NCBI GenBank assembly: GCA_027064305.1
Contig: JAMOPY010000017.1
Location: forward strand, 1-37,089
Reading direction: 5' to 3'
From: Methanobacteriota archaeon
Lineage (GTDB): Archaea; JAADCQ01; Methanopyri; Methanopyrales; Methanopyraceae
DNA length: 37,089 nucleotides
The position numbers and the translations under genes are program-made. Below the pieces are notes generated by a model. The model had not been told where the DNA came from, did not search any database, and was given only the letters and a program-made list of their open reading frames with translations. Of this stretch, positions 26,928 through 35,724 are shown one piece after another. Within the stretch, counting starts at the first letter, position 1. Every line of letters starts with the position of its first letter.

Positions 26928-28113
26928 TCTGGAGGAGATCCTGGCCGGGTTCCCGCTGAAGGAGCGATGGGTGTACCTCGACAACGCGGCCACCTCGCTG
27001 AAGCACGAGCGCGTGATCCGGGCCGTGGAGCGGGCGCTGCGCGAGTTCGGCGTGAACGTGGGCAGGAGCGCGCACCCGCCCGGTGAGGAGGCGACGCGGG
27101 CGTTCGAGCGGGCCCGGGAGACGGTGGCCTCGTTCCTGGGGGTGGATCCGAGGTGCCTGGCGTTCACGTTCAACGCGACGGCCTCGATCCACGCGGTGCT
27201 GTGCTCCCTGGACCTGGGTAAGGGGGACAAGGTCGTTACGACGGCCCTGGAGCATCACTCGAACCTCTCGCCCTGGCTGAGGTTCTCGGAGGTGCTCGGG
27301 TTCGACGTGGAGATCGTGGGTTTCGACCCGGAGACGGGGACCGTGGACCTGTCGGAGCTGGAGTCCGCGGTCGATGACCGGACGCGGGTGGTGGCGATCA
27401 CGCACGAGAGCAACGCCCTGGGGTCGCTGCAGCCGGTGGAGGAGGTGCTGAGGCTGGCGGAGGAGGCGGGCGCGTACGTGCTCCTGGACGCCGCGCAGTC
27501 GATGGGCGCCCTGGACCACGACTTCTCGAGGTACCACTTCGTGGTGGCCCCGGGGCACAAGGCCCTGCTCGGACCGCACGGCACGGGCCTGCTGTACGTT
27601 CGGGAGGACGTGCTGGAGGAGCTGGAGCCCCGGCTGCTGGGTGGTGGGTCGACGAAGCGGGTGGAGGGATCCTCGGTGGTGCCGAGCGAGCCCCCGCACG
27701 CGTTCGAGTCGGGGACGCCGAACCTCCCGGGCGTGATCGGGCTGGCGGAGGGCGTGAGGATACTGGAGGAGGTGGGGTTGAGGCGGGTGGAGCGGCGCGT
27801 ACGCCGGTTGACGGATCGGGTGCTCGAGGGGCTGCTGGATCTGGACGGTGTGGAGGTCCTGTGCCCGGAGGCGCGTCGGGCCACGATCGTGTCGTTCGTG
27901 GTGGATGGGAGGGATCCGGACGAGGTGAGTCGGGAGCTGGGGGAGCGGGGAATCTGCGTACGATCGGGCACGCACTGCGCCACCCTGGTGTTCGAGAGGC
28001 TGGGGCTCAGGGGGTGCGTCCGAGCCTCGCTGGCGTTCTACAACGAGGGTGAGGAGGTGAAGGAGTTCCTGCGGGCGATGGAGGGGATCACTCGCCGCGG
28101 AGCCTCCTCCTGA
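26920..28113 (+). CDS. SufS/CsdA-type cysteine desulfurase / selenocysteine lyase
   Basis: YLDNAATS, EHHSN, DAAQ, PGHK (PLP Lys), FESGTPN, RSGTHCA (group II catalytic Cys), RAS. Confidence 0.92.
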   Translation: MGSLEEILAGFPLKERWVYLDNAATSLKHERVIRAVERALREFGVNVGRSAHPPGEEATRAFERARETVASFLGVDPRCLAFTFNATASIHAVLCSLDLGKGDKVVTTALEHHSNLSPWLRFSEVLGFDVEIVGFDPETGTVDLSELESAVDDRTRVVAITHESNALGSLQPVEEVLRLAEEAGAYVLLDAAQSMGALDHDFSRYHFVVAPGHKALLGPHGTGLLYVREDVLEELEPRLLGGGSTKRVEGSSVVPSEPPHAFESGTPNLPGVIGLAEGVRILEEVGLRRVERRVRRLTDRVLEGLLDLDGVEVLCPEARRATIVSFVVDGRDPDEVSRELGERGICVRSGTHCATLVFERLGLRGCVRASLAFYNEGEEVKEFLRAMEGITRRGASS

Positions 28114-31045
28114 CCCGTTCCCGCCTTGAGCGCCGCTCCTCGCGGTACCTGCGCCCCGCCTCGCGGATCCGCTCGGCCAGTTTGGGGCCGACTCCCTCGA
28201 CCTTCATCAGGTCCTCCTTCCTCGCCGTCAGGACCCGGTACGGGCTGCCGAACTTCTCCACGAGTCGGTCCGCGAGCTCGGGGCTGACCCCCTTGACCTC
28301 GAGGAGGTAGCGCCAGGCCGGGTTCTCCAGCGACTTGATCTCCTTGGCCAGCTCCGGTCCCACCCCGGGCACCTTGATCAGCTCGGACACCGGGGCCTCC
28401 TTGACCCGGGTCCACGTCCCGAACCGCTCCAGGAGTCGTTCGGCCTTCTCCAGGCTCATCCCGCGCACCTGCAGCATGGTCTCCGGGAAACCCTTGATCC
28501 GGGCGATCTTGCGGTCGGAGAGTCCCAGCTTTCGGAGCTCCTCCACCGACGCCTTCCGGACCTCGGTGACGGAGCCGAACCGCCGCTTCAGCCTGTAGGC
28601 CGTGTCCACGTCCAGTCCCTTGTTCACGAGGGTTCGGAGGCCCAGCAGCCGGGCGATCTTGGCGTCCCCTAGGCCGAGCCGGCGAAGCTCGTCCGGGGTG
28701 GCCTCCTCCTGAATTTTGGAAACGGATCCGTATTCTTTCAGCACCCGCTCGATCTCCTCAGGAGTCAGCCCGGCCTCGCGGAGGGTCCTGTACCCCGGGA
28801 CCAGCTCGGCCACGGCGGCGTCGCCGATCCCCTCCACCTCGAGGAGCTCCGTCACCCGCCTCTCCTCGATCGCCCGGCCCACCTCCCTGGCCGAGCCGAA
28901 GTGCTCGATGAGGCGTCGGGCCCGGGCGCGGCCCACCCGCTCCTCCAGCCACTCCTTCCACTCCTCCTCCGACCGCTCCCGGCGCCGGGCCTCCCGGCGC
29001 CGCTCGACGCGCTCCCGGGCCGCGTACACGATCCGCTCCGCCAGCTTCTCCCCCAGCCCCTCCACCTTCTCGGCTAGCTCCTCCGGGTTGAGCTCGGCGA
29101 GCCGCTCCAGGTCGTAGTCGACGGCCTCCAGCACGCGCTCGGCCAGCTTGGGTCCGACCCCGTCCACGCTCAGGAGGAGCTTGAACTCGGGCCCCTTGAT
29201 CTCGGCGGCGGCCTTGGGCGTGGCGCCGAGCTCGCGCAGCCTCTCGTACGGGACGTTCCGGGCGATCTCCCTCAGCGAGCCGTACTTCTCGTACAGCTCC
29301 ACGGCGGTTTCCAGGTCGAAGGCCTCCAGGAGCTTCTTCGGCACGTTCTTGATCTCCGCGATCTCCTCGTCGGAGAAGCCGAGCTCGCGCAGCTCCTTCA
29401 CGGGCCGTCGGCGGATCTCCGCCGCGGAACCGTACCGGCGCTTCAGCTCGTCCGCGCGCTCCAGCGAGCCGACGATCCGCTCGAGCGTTTTGAGCCCCTT
29501 CAGGTCGCGGATCTGGGCGTCGGTCAGCCCGTCCTCGCGCAGCTCCTCGACCGAGGCCTCCCGGATCTTGGAGTACCCGCCGTACTTCTTCAGGAGGTAC
29601 TCGGCGCGCTCCCGGTCGATGCCCCGGATGGAGGTGAGGGAGGAGTACCCGGGGACGAGGCTCCGCAGGGCCTTCTCGCCCACGCCCTCCACCGAGGCGA
29701 GCTTCTCGATCTCGAACTCCCGGGCCAGCTGCTTGACCCGCTCCGGGCTGCCGAAGGCCCGGATGAGCCGCTCCGCGGTCTTGCGCCCGATCCCCTCCCG
29801 CTTCGCCAGCTCCGAGACCTGGATCTCCAGGACCGCCCGGTACGCCTCCTCGGAGATCACTCCCTCCTCCCGCATCCGCTCGACGTCCCGGAGGTCCGCG
29901 CCGAGGATGCCCGCGATGGACTCGAAGTGCTCGATCAGCTCGTCGGCGACCTCCGGGTCCAGCCCGTACTCGTCCAGGAGTCGGGCGAGCGTGCGGTTGA
30001 CGGACTTGGCCTCCTCGAGGGTGAGGTCCGGGCAGGCGTCCTTCAGGGTGCGGTACGGGGCGGTGGCGATCGTGGAGATGGAGCCGTCGAAGGCCTTGGC
30101 GAGGCAGAGGGCGACGTCCTCCCGGAGCCCGTACTGGTCCTGGAGCTTGATCGCGCACTCCACGATCCGCTGCTCCAGGTAGCGCTCCATGAGCTCCCGC
30201 TTGTGCTCGATGATCCACCGTCGGTCGAGTCGGCGGCCCAGGTAGCGCTCGGAGAGCTCCTCCAGCCGCTCGTACGTCTCCTCCAGGAGGGCGTCCCGGC
30301 GGCGGACGTGCCGCTTGGCCGCCCGCTCGTCGTAATCGATGTTGACGACCACGCGCGCCCAGAGGCTGTAGATCCCGCTGCTCTCCGGGTCCTTCTCGCC
30401 CTCCACCTCCGCGACGGAGAGGCCCAGCCGCCGGGCGATCTCGTCGTGCGGGGTCCAGGGGTCCTCCCGCAGGATCTCGAGGATGCGCTCCTCCTTCTCG
30501 TCGATCGGGACGTCGTACCGCTCGATGAGCCGCTCGAACTCGCCGGCCATCTCGGGCGGCACCTCGTCCACGGTGAGGGGCATGAGGTCCACGCGGCCGT
30601 AGCGGACGAGGATCCGGTACAGGGCGGGCTGCAGCGGGTTCCTCTTCACCGCCCGCACCTCGATCGCCGGCACCCGCTCCTCCTCCACCTCGAGCGCCTT
30701 GGCGATGGCCTTCCAGCCCCTCCGGTACACGATCGCGTACCGGGCCGGGGAGCCCCCGGTGGACAACCGCTCGACGCGCTCGTCGAAGTTCACCCCGCGG
30801 ACGATCACGTTCCGGTACCGGTCCTCGGTCGGGTCGATCGAGCAGGCGTAGGAGCCGGTGAGCAGGATGAAGTTCTGGTGCACCTCGAGCAGCTCCTCGT
30901 CCCGCTTGGCCTCCGAGGATCGGTCCATCAGGTACCGGGTGGCGAGGACGCCGTCGTAGGCCTTCACGCCCTTCAGGAAGGTCTCGAGCTCCTCCTCGTA
31001 CTCCCGCTCGGATCCCACGAACTCCGCGTCGTACACCAGGGCCAC
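28088..31045 (-). CDS. top5: DNA topoisomerase V (type IC) with tandem (HhH)2 domains
   Basis: N-terminus (M)ALVYDAEFVGSERE and catalytic SSGIYSLW region match Methanopyrus Topo V; many HhH repeats (GVGPKLAERI etc.); GTG at 31045, 985 aa. Confidence 0.96.
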   Translation of the reverse strand: MALVYDAEFVGSEREYEEELETFLKGVKAYDGVLATRYLMDRSSEAKRDEELLEVHQNFILLTGSYACSIDPTEDRYRNVIVRGVNFDERVERLSTGGSPARYAIVYRRGWKAIAKALEVEEERVPAIEVRAVKRNPLQPALYRILVRYGRVDLMPLTVDEVPPEMAGEFERLIERYDVPIDEKEERILEILREDPWTPHDEIARRLGLSVAEVEGEKDPESSGIYSLWARVVVNIDYDERAAKRHVRRRDALLEETYERLEELSERYLGRRLDRRWIIEHKRELMERYLEQRIVECAIKLQDQYGLREDVALCLAKAFDGSISTIATAPYRTLKDACPDLTLEEAKSVNRTLARLLDEYGLDPEVADELIEHFESIAGILGADLRDVERMREEGVISEEAYRAVLEIQVSELAKREGIGRKTAERLIRAFGSPERVKQLAREFEIEKLASVEGVGEKALRSLVPGYSSLTSIRGIDRERAEYLLKKYGGYSKIREASVEELREDGLTDAQIRDLKGLKTLERIVGSLERADELKRRYGSAAEIRRRPVKELRELGFSDEEIAEIKNVPKKLLEAFDLETAVELYEKYGSLREIARNVPYERLRELGATPKAAAEIKGPEFKLLLSVDGVGPKLAERVLEAVDYDLERLAELNPEELAEKVEGLGEKLAERIVYAARERVERRREARRRERSEEEWKEWLEERVGRARARRLIEHFGSAREVGRAIEERRVTELLEVEGIGDAAVAELVPGYRTLREAGLTPEEIERVLKEYGSVSKIQEEATPDELRRLGLGDAKIARLLGLRTLVNKGLDVDTAYRLKRRFGSVTEVRKASVEELRKLGLSDRKIARIKGFPETMLQVRGMSLEKAERLLERFGTWTRVKEAPVSELIKVPGVGPELAKEIKSLENPAWRYLLEVKGVSPELADRLVEKFGSPYRVLTARKEDLMKVEGVGPKLAERIREAGRRYREERRSRRERVRRRLRGE

Positions 31046-31050
31046 GCGAC

Positions 31051-31665
31051 TCACCCTCTCTCCCAGCGTTTGGACAGTCGGTCGGCCAGCCGGAGCGGCT
31101 CGGGCCACTTACCGCCTCGGACCAACCGGAGGACCCACTCGACCGCGTCGCGGTGCGAGCAGCGGTGGCCGGGGCTCACGACGAGCGGGCGGCAGCCCGG
31201 CCGGGTGAGAACCAAGTGCCCGATCTTCTCGCCCCGGTGGAACAGCGGGACCGCGTCGCCCACCCGCTCGGGCTCTCCCCGCGGCCTCCCCACGAGGGGG
31301 CGGCGCGCGACGCCGACGGTGGGTCGGTCCAGGGCGACGCCGAGGTGCGAGGCCAACCCGGCCCGTCGGGGGTGGGCGATGCCGTGGCCGTTGACGAGCA
31401 GGAGGTCGTAGTCCAGCCCCTTTAGGACCTTTAGGGCCGGGGGGCCCTCTCGAAACGCGAGGAACCCGGGCTCGTACGGGCGCCGCACCCGGCCCTCCGC
31501 GGTCCGGATCTCGAGCGGCTTCAGGGTGTCCGCGTCCACCACGACCGCCGCGGCCCGGTACCGGTCACCGCGGTACGAGACGTCCACCCCGGCCACGCGC
31601 TCCGGCGGTTCCTCGAGCGGCTCCAGTCGAACCCGCTCGGCGACCCGGCGCTGGATCTCGAGCAT
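31051..31665 (-). CDS. nfi: Endonuclease V
   Basis: GVDVSY, PYEPGFLAFREGP, NGHGIAHPRRAGLASHLG, VSPGH, PEPLRLAD. Confidence 0.93.
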   Translation of the reverse strand: MLEIQRRVAERVRLEPLEEPPERVAGVDVSYRGDRYRAAAVVVDADTLKPLEIRTAEGRVRRPYEPGFLAFREGPPALKVLKGLDYDLLLVNGHGIAHPRRAGLASHLGVALDRPTVGVARRPLVGRPRGEPERVGDAVPLFHRGEKIGHLVLTRPGCRPLVVSPGHRCSHRDAVEWVLRLVRGGKWPEPLRLADRLSKRWERG

Positions 31666-31697
31666 CTCCTCCCGCGTGTCGGCCTCGAACCACTCCT

Positions 31698-32402
31698 CTA
31701 CCTTCTACCACCCCCGAGCCGTGCCCTCGGGCTCCGGATCACCCGGGTGATGCAGTCGGGGGGCACGGTTCCCTCGACCACGTACACGTGCTTCCCCGCC
31801 CGACGGGGGACCAGACCGCGCCTGCGCAGCCGATCCGCGTCCACCACGAGGATGACCGGGTCGTCCGTGTGGCGGAGGGCGACGTGCAGGGCCTCGCGCT
31901 CGTCGTCGGTCAGGTGGACGGCCCGGCGCCCCATGGGCTTGATGCCCTCGCGGCGGATGGAGGGCAGGTTCTCCCGGGCCGTGCCATGGTACAGGGTCTT
32001 CACCTCGTGATCCTTGGGCAGGGTGGGGCGGACGTTGAGCCGGCGGGAGTGGCCGTACCGGGCGCGGATCCGGCCCCGCTCGTCGATCTCGAACCGGCCC
32101 TTGGGGCAGGTCTCGGCCACGGCGATGATGTGCTCGCCGGTCAGCCACCGGTAGTACTCCCGGTTCTTCCAGTACCGCTTGATCCGCTCCGCGAGCTCGT
32201 GCACGTCGCAGTCGGTGAACCCCTCCTCGTCCAGCCGGACGTTCACCTCCTCTGGGAAGTGCCGCAGGATGCCGGAGAGCAGCTTGCTCAGGGCCAGGCG
32301 CCGGCGGCCGTCGAGGAACTCCTTCGTGCGGGCCCCGCAGCGATCGCACACGTCCTCCTCGGTGTACCGGCCGCAGCGGGGACACACTTTAATCGGCTTC
32401 AT
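31698..32402 (-). CDS. kptA: RNA 2'-phosphotransferase Tpt1/KptA with N-terminal Zn ribbon
   Basis: [36 protein letters not shown] at 32402. Confidence 0.95.
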   Translation of the reverse strand: MKPIKVCPRCGRYTEEDVCDRCGARTKEFLDGRRRLALSKLLSGILRHFPEEVNVRLDEEGFTDCDVHELAERIKRYWKNREYYRWLTGEHIIAVAETCPKGRFEIDERGRIRARYGHSRRLNVRPTLPKDHEVKTLYHGTARENLPSIRREGIKPMGRRAVHLTDDEREALHVALRHTDDPVILVVDADRLRRRGLVPRRAGKHVYVVEGTVPPDCITRVIRSPRARLGGGRR

Positions 32403-32410
32403 CGCGATCA

Positions 32411-32443
32411 CCCCGGAGGGTTCGGTCGGCCTAACCCTCGGGG
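32411..32443. repeat. Imperfect inverted repeat between divergent kptA and atwA
   Basis: CCCCGGAGGGTT-N10-AACCCTCGGGG (11 bp stem with one bulge). Confidence 0.5.
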
Positions 32444-32459
32444 CCGTCCCCTGGGGGCC

Positions 32460-34070
32460 GTGCGCGTGTCCTGGATCATACGGGTGGAGGATCTGGTCAA
32501 AGAGTTCGAAGGGTTCAGGCTGGAGATCCCGGAGCTGGAGGTTCGCGACGGGGACGTGCTGGGAATCCTGGGGGAGAGCGGCGCCGGTAAGTCGGTCTTC
32601 ATCCACACGCTGAAGGGGTTGGACGACTACCGGCCGGACGAGGGTCGGGTGCTGTACCGGGTGGCCCGCTGTCCGGAGTGCGGGTGGGCGGAGCGGCCCG
32701 CGATGGTCGGGGAGAAGTGCCCGAAGTGCGGCGACGGTGAGCTGGAGGAGGACGTGGTGGATCTCTGGGGGGTCCCGGACCGCGAGCGGCGGCGGTTCCG
32801 GAAGCGGATCGCGATCATGTTCCAGCGAACGTTCGCCCTGTACGAGGAGCAGACGGTGCTGGAGAACGTGATGGAGGCGCTGCTGGACGCGGGGTACTCC
32901 GAGAGTGAGGCGGCGGAGCGCGCGGTGGAGCTCATCGAGATGGTGGAGCTGGAGCACCGGGTCACGCACCTGGCGCGGGACCTGAGCGGCGGTGAGAAGC
33001 AGCGGGTCGTGCTGATCCGGCAGCTGGCCAAGCGGCCGATCGTGTTCCTGGCGGACGAGCCGACGGGCACGCTGGACCCGGAGACGGCGGAGATCGTGCA
33101 CCGGGCCCTGCGGGAGGGGGTGAAGGAGGCGGGCATCACGATGGTGATCACCTCGCACTGGCCGGAGGTCATCGAGGACATCTCGGACCGGGTGCTGTGG
33201 CTGGAGAACGGTGAGGTCGTGGAGGTCGGGGAGCCGGAGGAGGTGGTGCGGAAGTACCTGGAGCGGGTGGAGGAGGTGGAGAAGGAGGAGGTGGAGGTCG
33301 GCGAGGACATCGTGCGGGCCAAGGACGTGAAGAAGTACTACTACTCGATCGAGCGGGGCGTGGTGAAGGCGGTGGACGGCGTCTCGCTCACGGTGCGGGA
33401 GGGCGAGATCTACGGGATCGTGGGCAAGAGCGGGGCGGGTAAGACCACGCTGGCGAAGATCCTGGCGGGCGTGCTGGAGCCCACGGAGGGCGAGGTGTAC
33501 GTGCGGATCGGGGACGACTGGGTGGACATGACGGACAAGCGGGAGCGGGGCCGGGCGAAGCGGTACATCGGGATGCTGCACCAGCAGTACACGCTGTACC
33601 CGCACCGGACCGTGCTGGAGAACCTCACGAAGGCGATCGGGATCGAGCTGCCGGACGAGCTCGCGAAGATGAAGGCCGTGCACGTGCTCAAGGCGGTGGG
33701 GTTCGACGAGGAGCGGGCGGTGGAGATCCTCGACCGGTACCCGGACCAGCTGTCCGAGGGCGAGCGGCACCGGGTGGCGCTGGCCCAGGTGCTGATCCGA
33801 GAGCCGCGGATCCTGATCCTGGACGAGCCGACGGGCACGATGGACCCGGTGACCATGCGCCGGGTGGCCAAGTCCATCCTGAACGCCCGCAAGGAGATGA
33901 ACCAGACCTTCATCATCGTGTCCCACGACATGGACTTCGTGGAGATGGTGTGCGACCGGGCTTCGCTGATGAGGGACGGGAAGTTCGTGAAGACGGGGGA
34001 CCCGAAGGAGATCGTGACCGAGCTGACGCCGGAAGAGCGCGAGGAGATGGTCCGAGAGGGGGAGTCTTAG
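32460..34070 (+). CDS. atwA: Methyl-coenzyme M reductase system component A2 (dual ABC ATPase with Zn motif)
   Basis: GESGAGKS, CxxC...CxxC insert, [43 protein letters not shown]. Confidence 0.95.
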   Translation: MRVSWIIRVEDLVKEFEGFRLEIPELEVRDGDVLGILGESGAGKSVFIHTLKGLDDYRPDEGRVLYRVARCPECGWAERPAMVGEKCPKCGDGELEEDVVDLWGVPDRERRRFRKRIAIMFQRTFALYEEQTVLENVMEALLDAGYSESEAAERAVELIEMVELEHRVTHLARDLSGGEKQRVVLIRQLAKRPIVFLADEPTGTLDPETAEIVHRALREGVKEAGITMVITSHWPEVIEDISDRVLWLENGEVVEVGEPEEVVRKYLERVEEVEKEEVEVGEDIVRAKDVKKYYYSIERGVVKAVDGVSLTVREGEIYGIVGKSGAGKTTLAKILAGVLEPTEGEVYVRIGDDWVDMTDKRERGRAKRYIGMLHQQYTLYPHRTVLENLTKAIGIELPDELAKMKAVHVLKAVGFDEERAVEILDRYPDQLSEGERHRVALAQVLIREPRILILDEPTGTMDPVTMRRVAKSILNARKEMNQTFIIVSHDMDFVEMVCDRASLMRDGKFVKTGDPKEIVTELTPEEREEMVREGES

Positions 34071-34586
34071 GTGGGGCCTGAGGAGGGCTGGCCGGACGCG
34101 CCCCCGCACGTGTGCCGAGGGGGCCCGCCGGAGGCGCTCGCCTTCTGCTGCCCTCCCGTCAAGCCCTGCCCGATCTTTCAGGCGCTGCAGAGAGCGGGGC
34201 TGGACCCGGAGGAGTACGTGGAGCGCAAGAAGAAGTTCGCGGAGAAGACCCCGCTGAAGGCGGGGGAGGAGACCTGCTTCGGCAGCCTGGTCTGGTGCTG
34301 TAAGGTGACCAAGCCGTGCCCGCTTCGGGACGCGGCGATGAACCGGGCCGGGCTGACCCCGAACGAGTACATGTGGTGGAAGAAGCAGCTCGCCGAGTAC
34401 CTGCTGGGGAGGAAGGAGCTGGACGAGATCCTGGAGGAGGCTCGATCGGTGGACGAGGACACCGTCCAGGCCGTCGCCGAGGCGGCGGACGTCTCCGAGG
34501 AGGAGGCGCGGAGGGCGCTCGAGGAGGCGGACGGTGACCCGGTGAAGGCGGTAAAGCTGCTCAAGTCAAGGCGGGAGCGTGAGTAG
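34071..34586 (+). CDS. Methanogenesis marker protein 9 domain + C-terminal UBA-like domain
   Basis: [11 protein letters not shown]...[10 protein letters not shown]...[11 protein letters not shown]...CPLRD; tail [16 protein letters not shown]. Confidence 0.85.
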   Translation: MGPEEGWPDAPPHVCRGGPPEALAFCCPPVKPCPIFQALQRAGLDPEEYVERKKKFAEKTPLKAGEETCFGSLVWCCKVTKPCPLRDAAMNRAGLTPNEYMWWKKQLAEYLLGRKELDEILEEARSVDEDTVQAVAEAADVSEEEARRALEEADGDPVKAVKLLKSRRERE

Positions 34587-35417
34587 ATGACCGACCGGGA
34601 GTTCCTGATCGCTCACATCTCCGACCTGCACGTGTCCCCGCTGAGGAGGAGCTGGGATCCCAGGACGTTCAGGGACGGGATCGAGCTGCTGGAGGACGTG
34701 AATCCGGACGTGATCGTCGTCACCGGAGACATCACGGACAACGGGCTGGCCCGGGAGTACGAGGAGGCCCAGTCGCTGCTGGACGAGCTGGAGCGGGTGG
34801 CGAGCCGCGTCGTCCCGGTGCCCGGGAACCACGACGCCAGAAACCTCGGTTGGATGGTCTTCGAGGACACCTTCGGGGACCGGTACCGGGTCGAGAAGGT
34901 GGCCCCGAGGCTGTACATCATCGGGGCGGACTCCTCGGAGCCGGACGTGAACTACGGGCAGCTGGGCCGGGAGCGGCAGGAGTGGCTGGAGGGCGTGCTC
35001 GACCGGATACCCAAGAGCGCCTGCATCTGCCTGGCCATGCACCACCATCTGATCCCGGTTCCCGGTTCGGGCCGGGAGCGGAACGTGCTCGTGGACGCCG
35101 GGGAGGTGCTGAACCTGTGCCTAAGGTTCGGGGTCGACGTCGTGCTCTGCGGGCACCGACACGTCCCGTTCGTGGCCAAGGTGGAGGACACGGTGGTGGC
35201 GAACGCCGGCACGTTCTCCTCCACGAAACTGCGCGGGTACAGCCGCAACAGCTTCAACGTCATCGAGTTCTCGGATGAGGCCGTCACGGTGTGGCTGCAG
35301 GAGATCGTGACCGAGCGCCGGATCGAGATGGCCAGGTACCGGCCCGTGGTGCGGGAGGGCGAGTACCGGCTGGTGAGGGAGAAGGGCCTGAAGGACCTAC
35401 TCAGAGAATCGGTTTGA
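34587..35417 (+). CDS. CpdA/Icc-like metallophosphoesterase
   Basis: HISDLH, TGD, PGNHD, MHHH, CGHRH. Confidence 0.92.
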   Translation: MTDREFLIAHISDLHVSPLRRSWDPRTFRDGIELLEDVNPDVIVVTGDITDNGLAREYEEAQSLLDELERVASRVVPVPGNHDARNLGWMVFEDTFGDRYRVEKVAPRLYIIGADSSEPDVNYGQLGRERQEWLEGVLDRIPKSACICLAMHHHLIPVPGSGRERNVLVDAGEVLNLCLRFGVDVVLCGHRHVPFVAKVEDTVVANAGTFSSTKLRGYSRNSFNVIEFSDEAVTVWLQEIVTERRIEMARYRPVVREGEYRLVREKGLKDLLRESV

Positions 35418-35724
35418 GCCCCCGCTTCCTTACCTCCTCCACCGCCCGCTCGTACTCGCGGAGGAGCCGGCGACCGAACCTCGTCAGCCTCGCACCCCCA
35501 CCCTCGGCACCACCCCGCCTCGTCTCGACGATTTTCCGACCGAAGGCCCGTTCCAGGGACTGGAGGCTCCTTCTGGCGTACTCGTACGACCACCCCAGCC
35601 GCTCCGCCGCCCTCTTCACGGCCCCCTCCCGCTCGATGGCGAGCAGAAGGGCGTAGCGGCCCGGGCCCATCACGGGGCGCCCGTCGGTGCACAGGAACAC
35701 CTTCACGCGCGCCTCCAAGCTCAC
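35401..35724 (-). CDS. ModE-family winged-helix regulator (DNA-binding domain only)
   Basis: MGPGRY.LL.AI...G.VK.AA..LGWSY...RGG..GGGARLT..G; GTG 35724 overlaps the upstream stop. Confidence 0.88.
   Translation of the reverse strand: MSLEARVKVFLCTDGRPVMGPGRYALLLAIEREGAVKRAAERLGWSYEYARRSLQSLERAFGRKIVETRRGGAEGGGARLTRFGRRLLREYERAVEEVRKRGLKPIL

Noticed and set aside
28708-28742. AT-rich patches inside genes (here in Topo V; also about 8300, 9560-9612 and 18331-18340)
   Set aside because: Could be internal promoters, but cannot be distinguished from local synonymous codon variation without TSS data.
28100-30100. Repetitive DNA inside Topo V
   Set aside because: Explained by the known tandem HhH protein repeats; not a separate repeat element.
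31640-31710. AGAGGA...CCGA between kptA and endoV as a possible C/D sRNA
   Set aside because: The C box lacks UGA, there is no convincing C'/D pair, and no rRNA complement was recognised.
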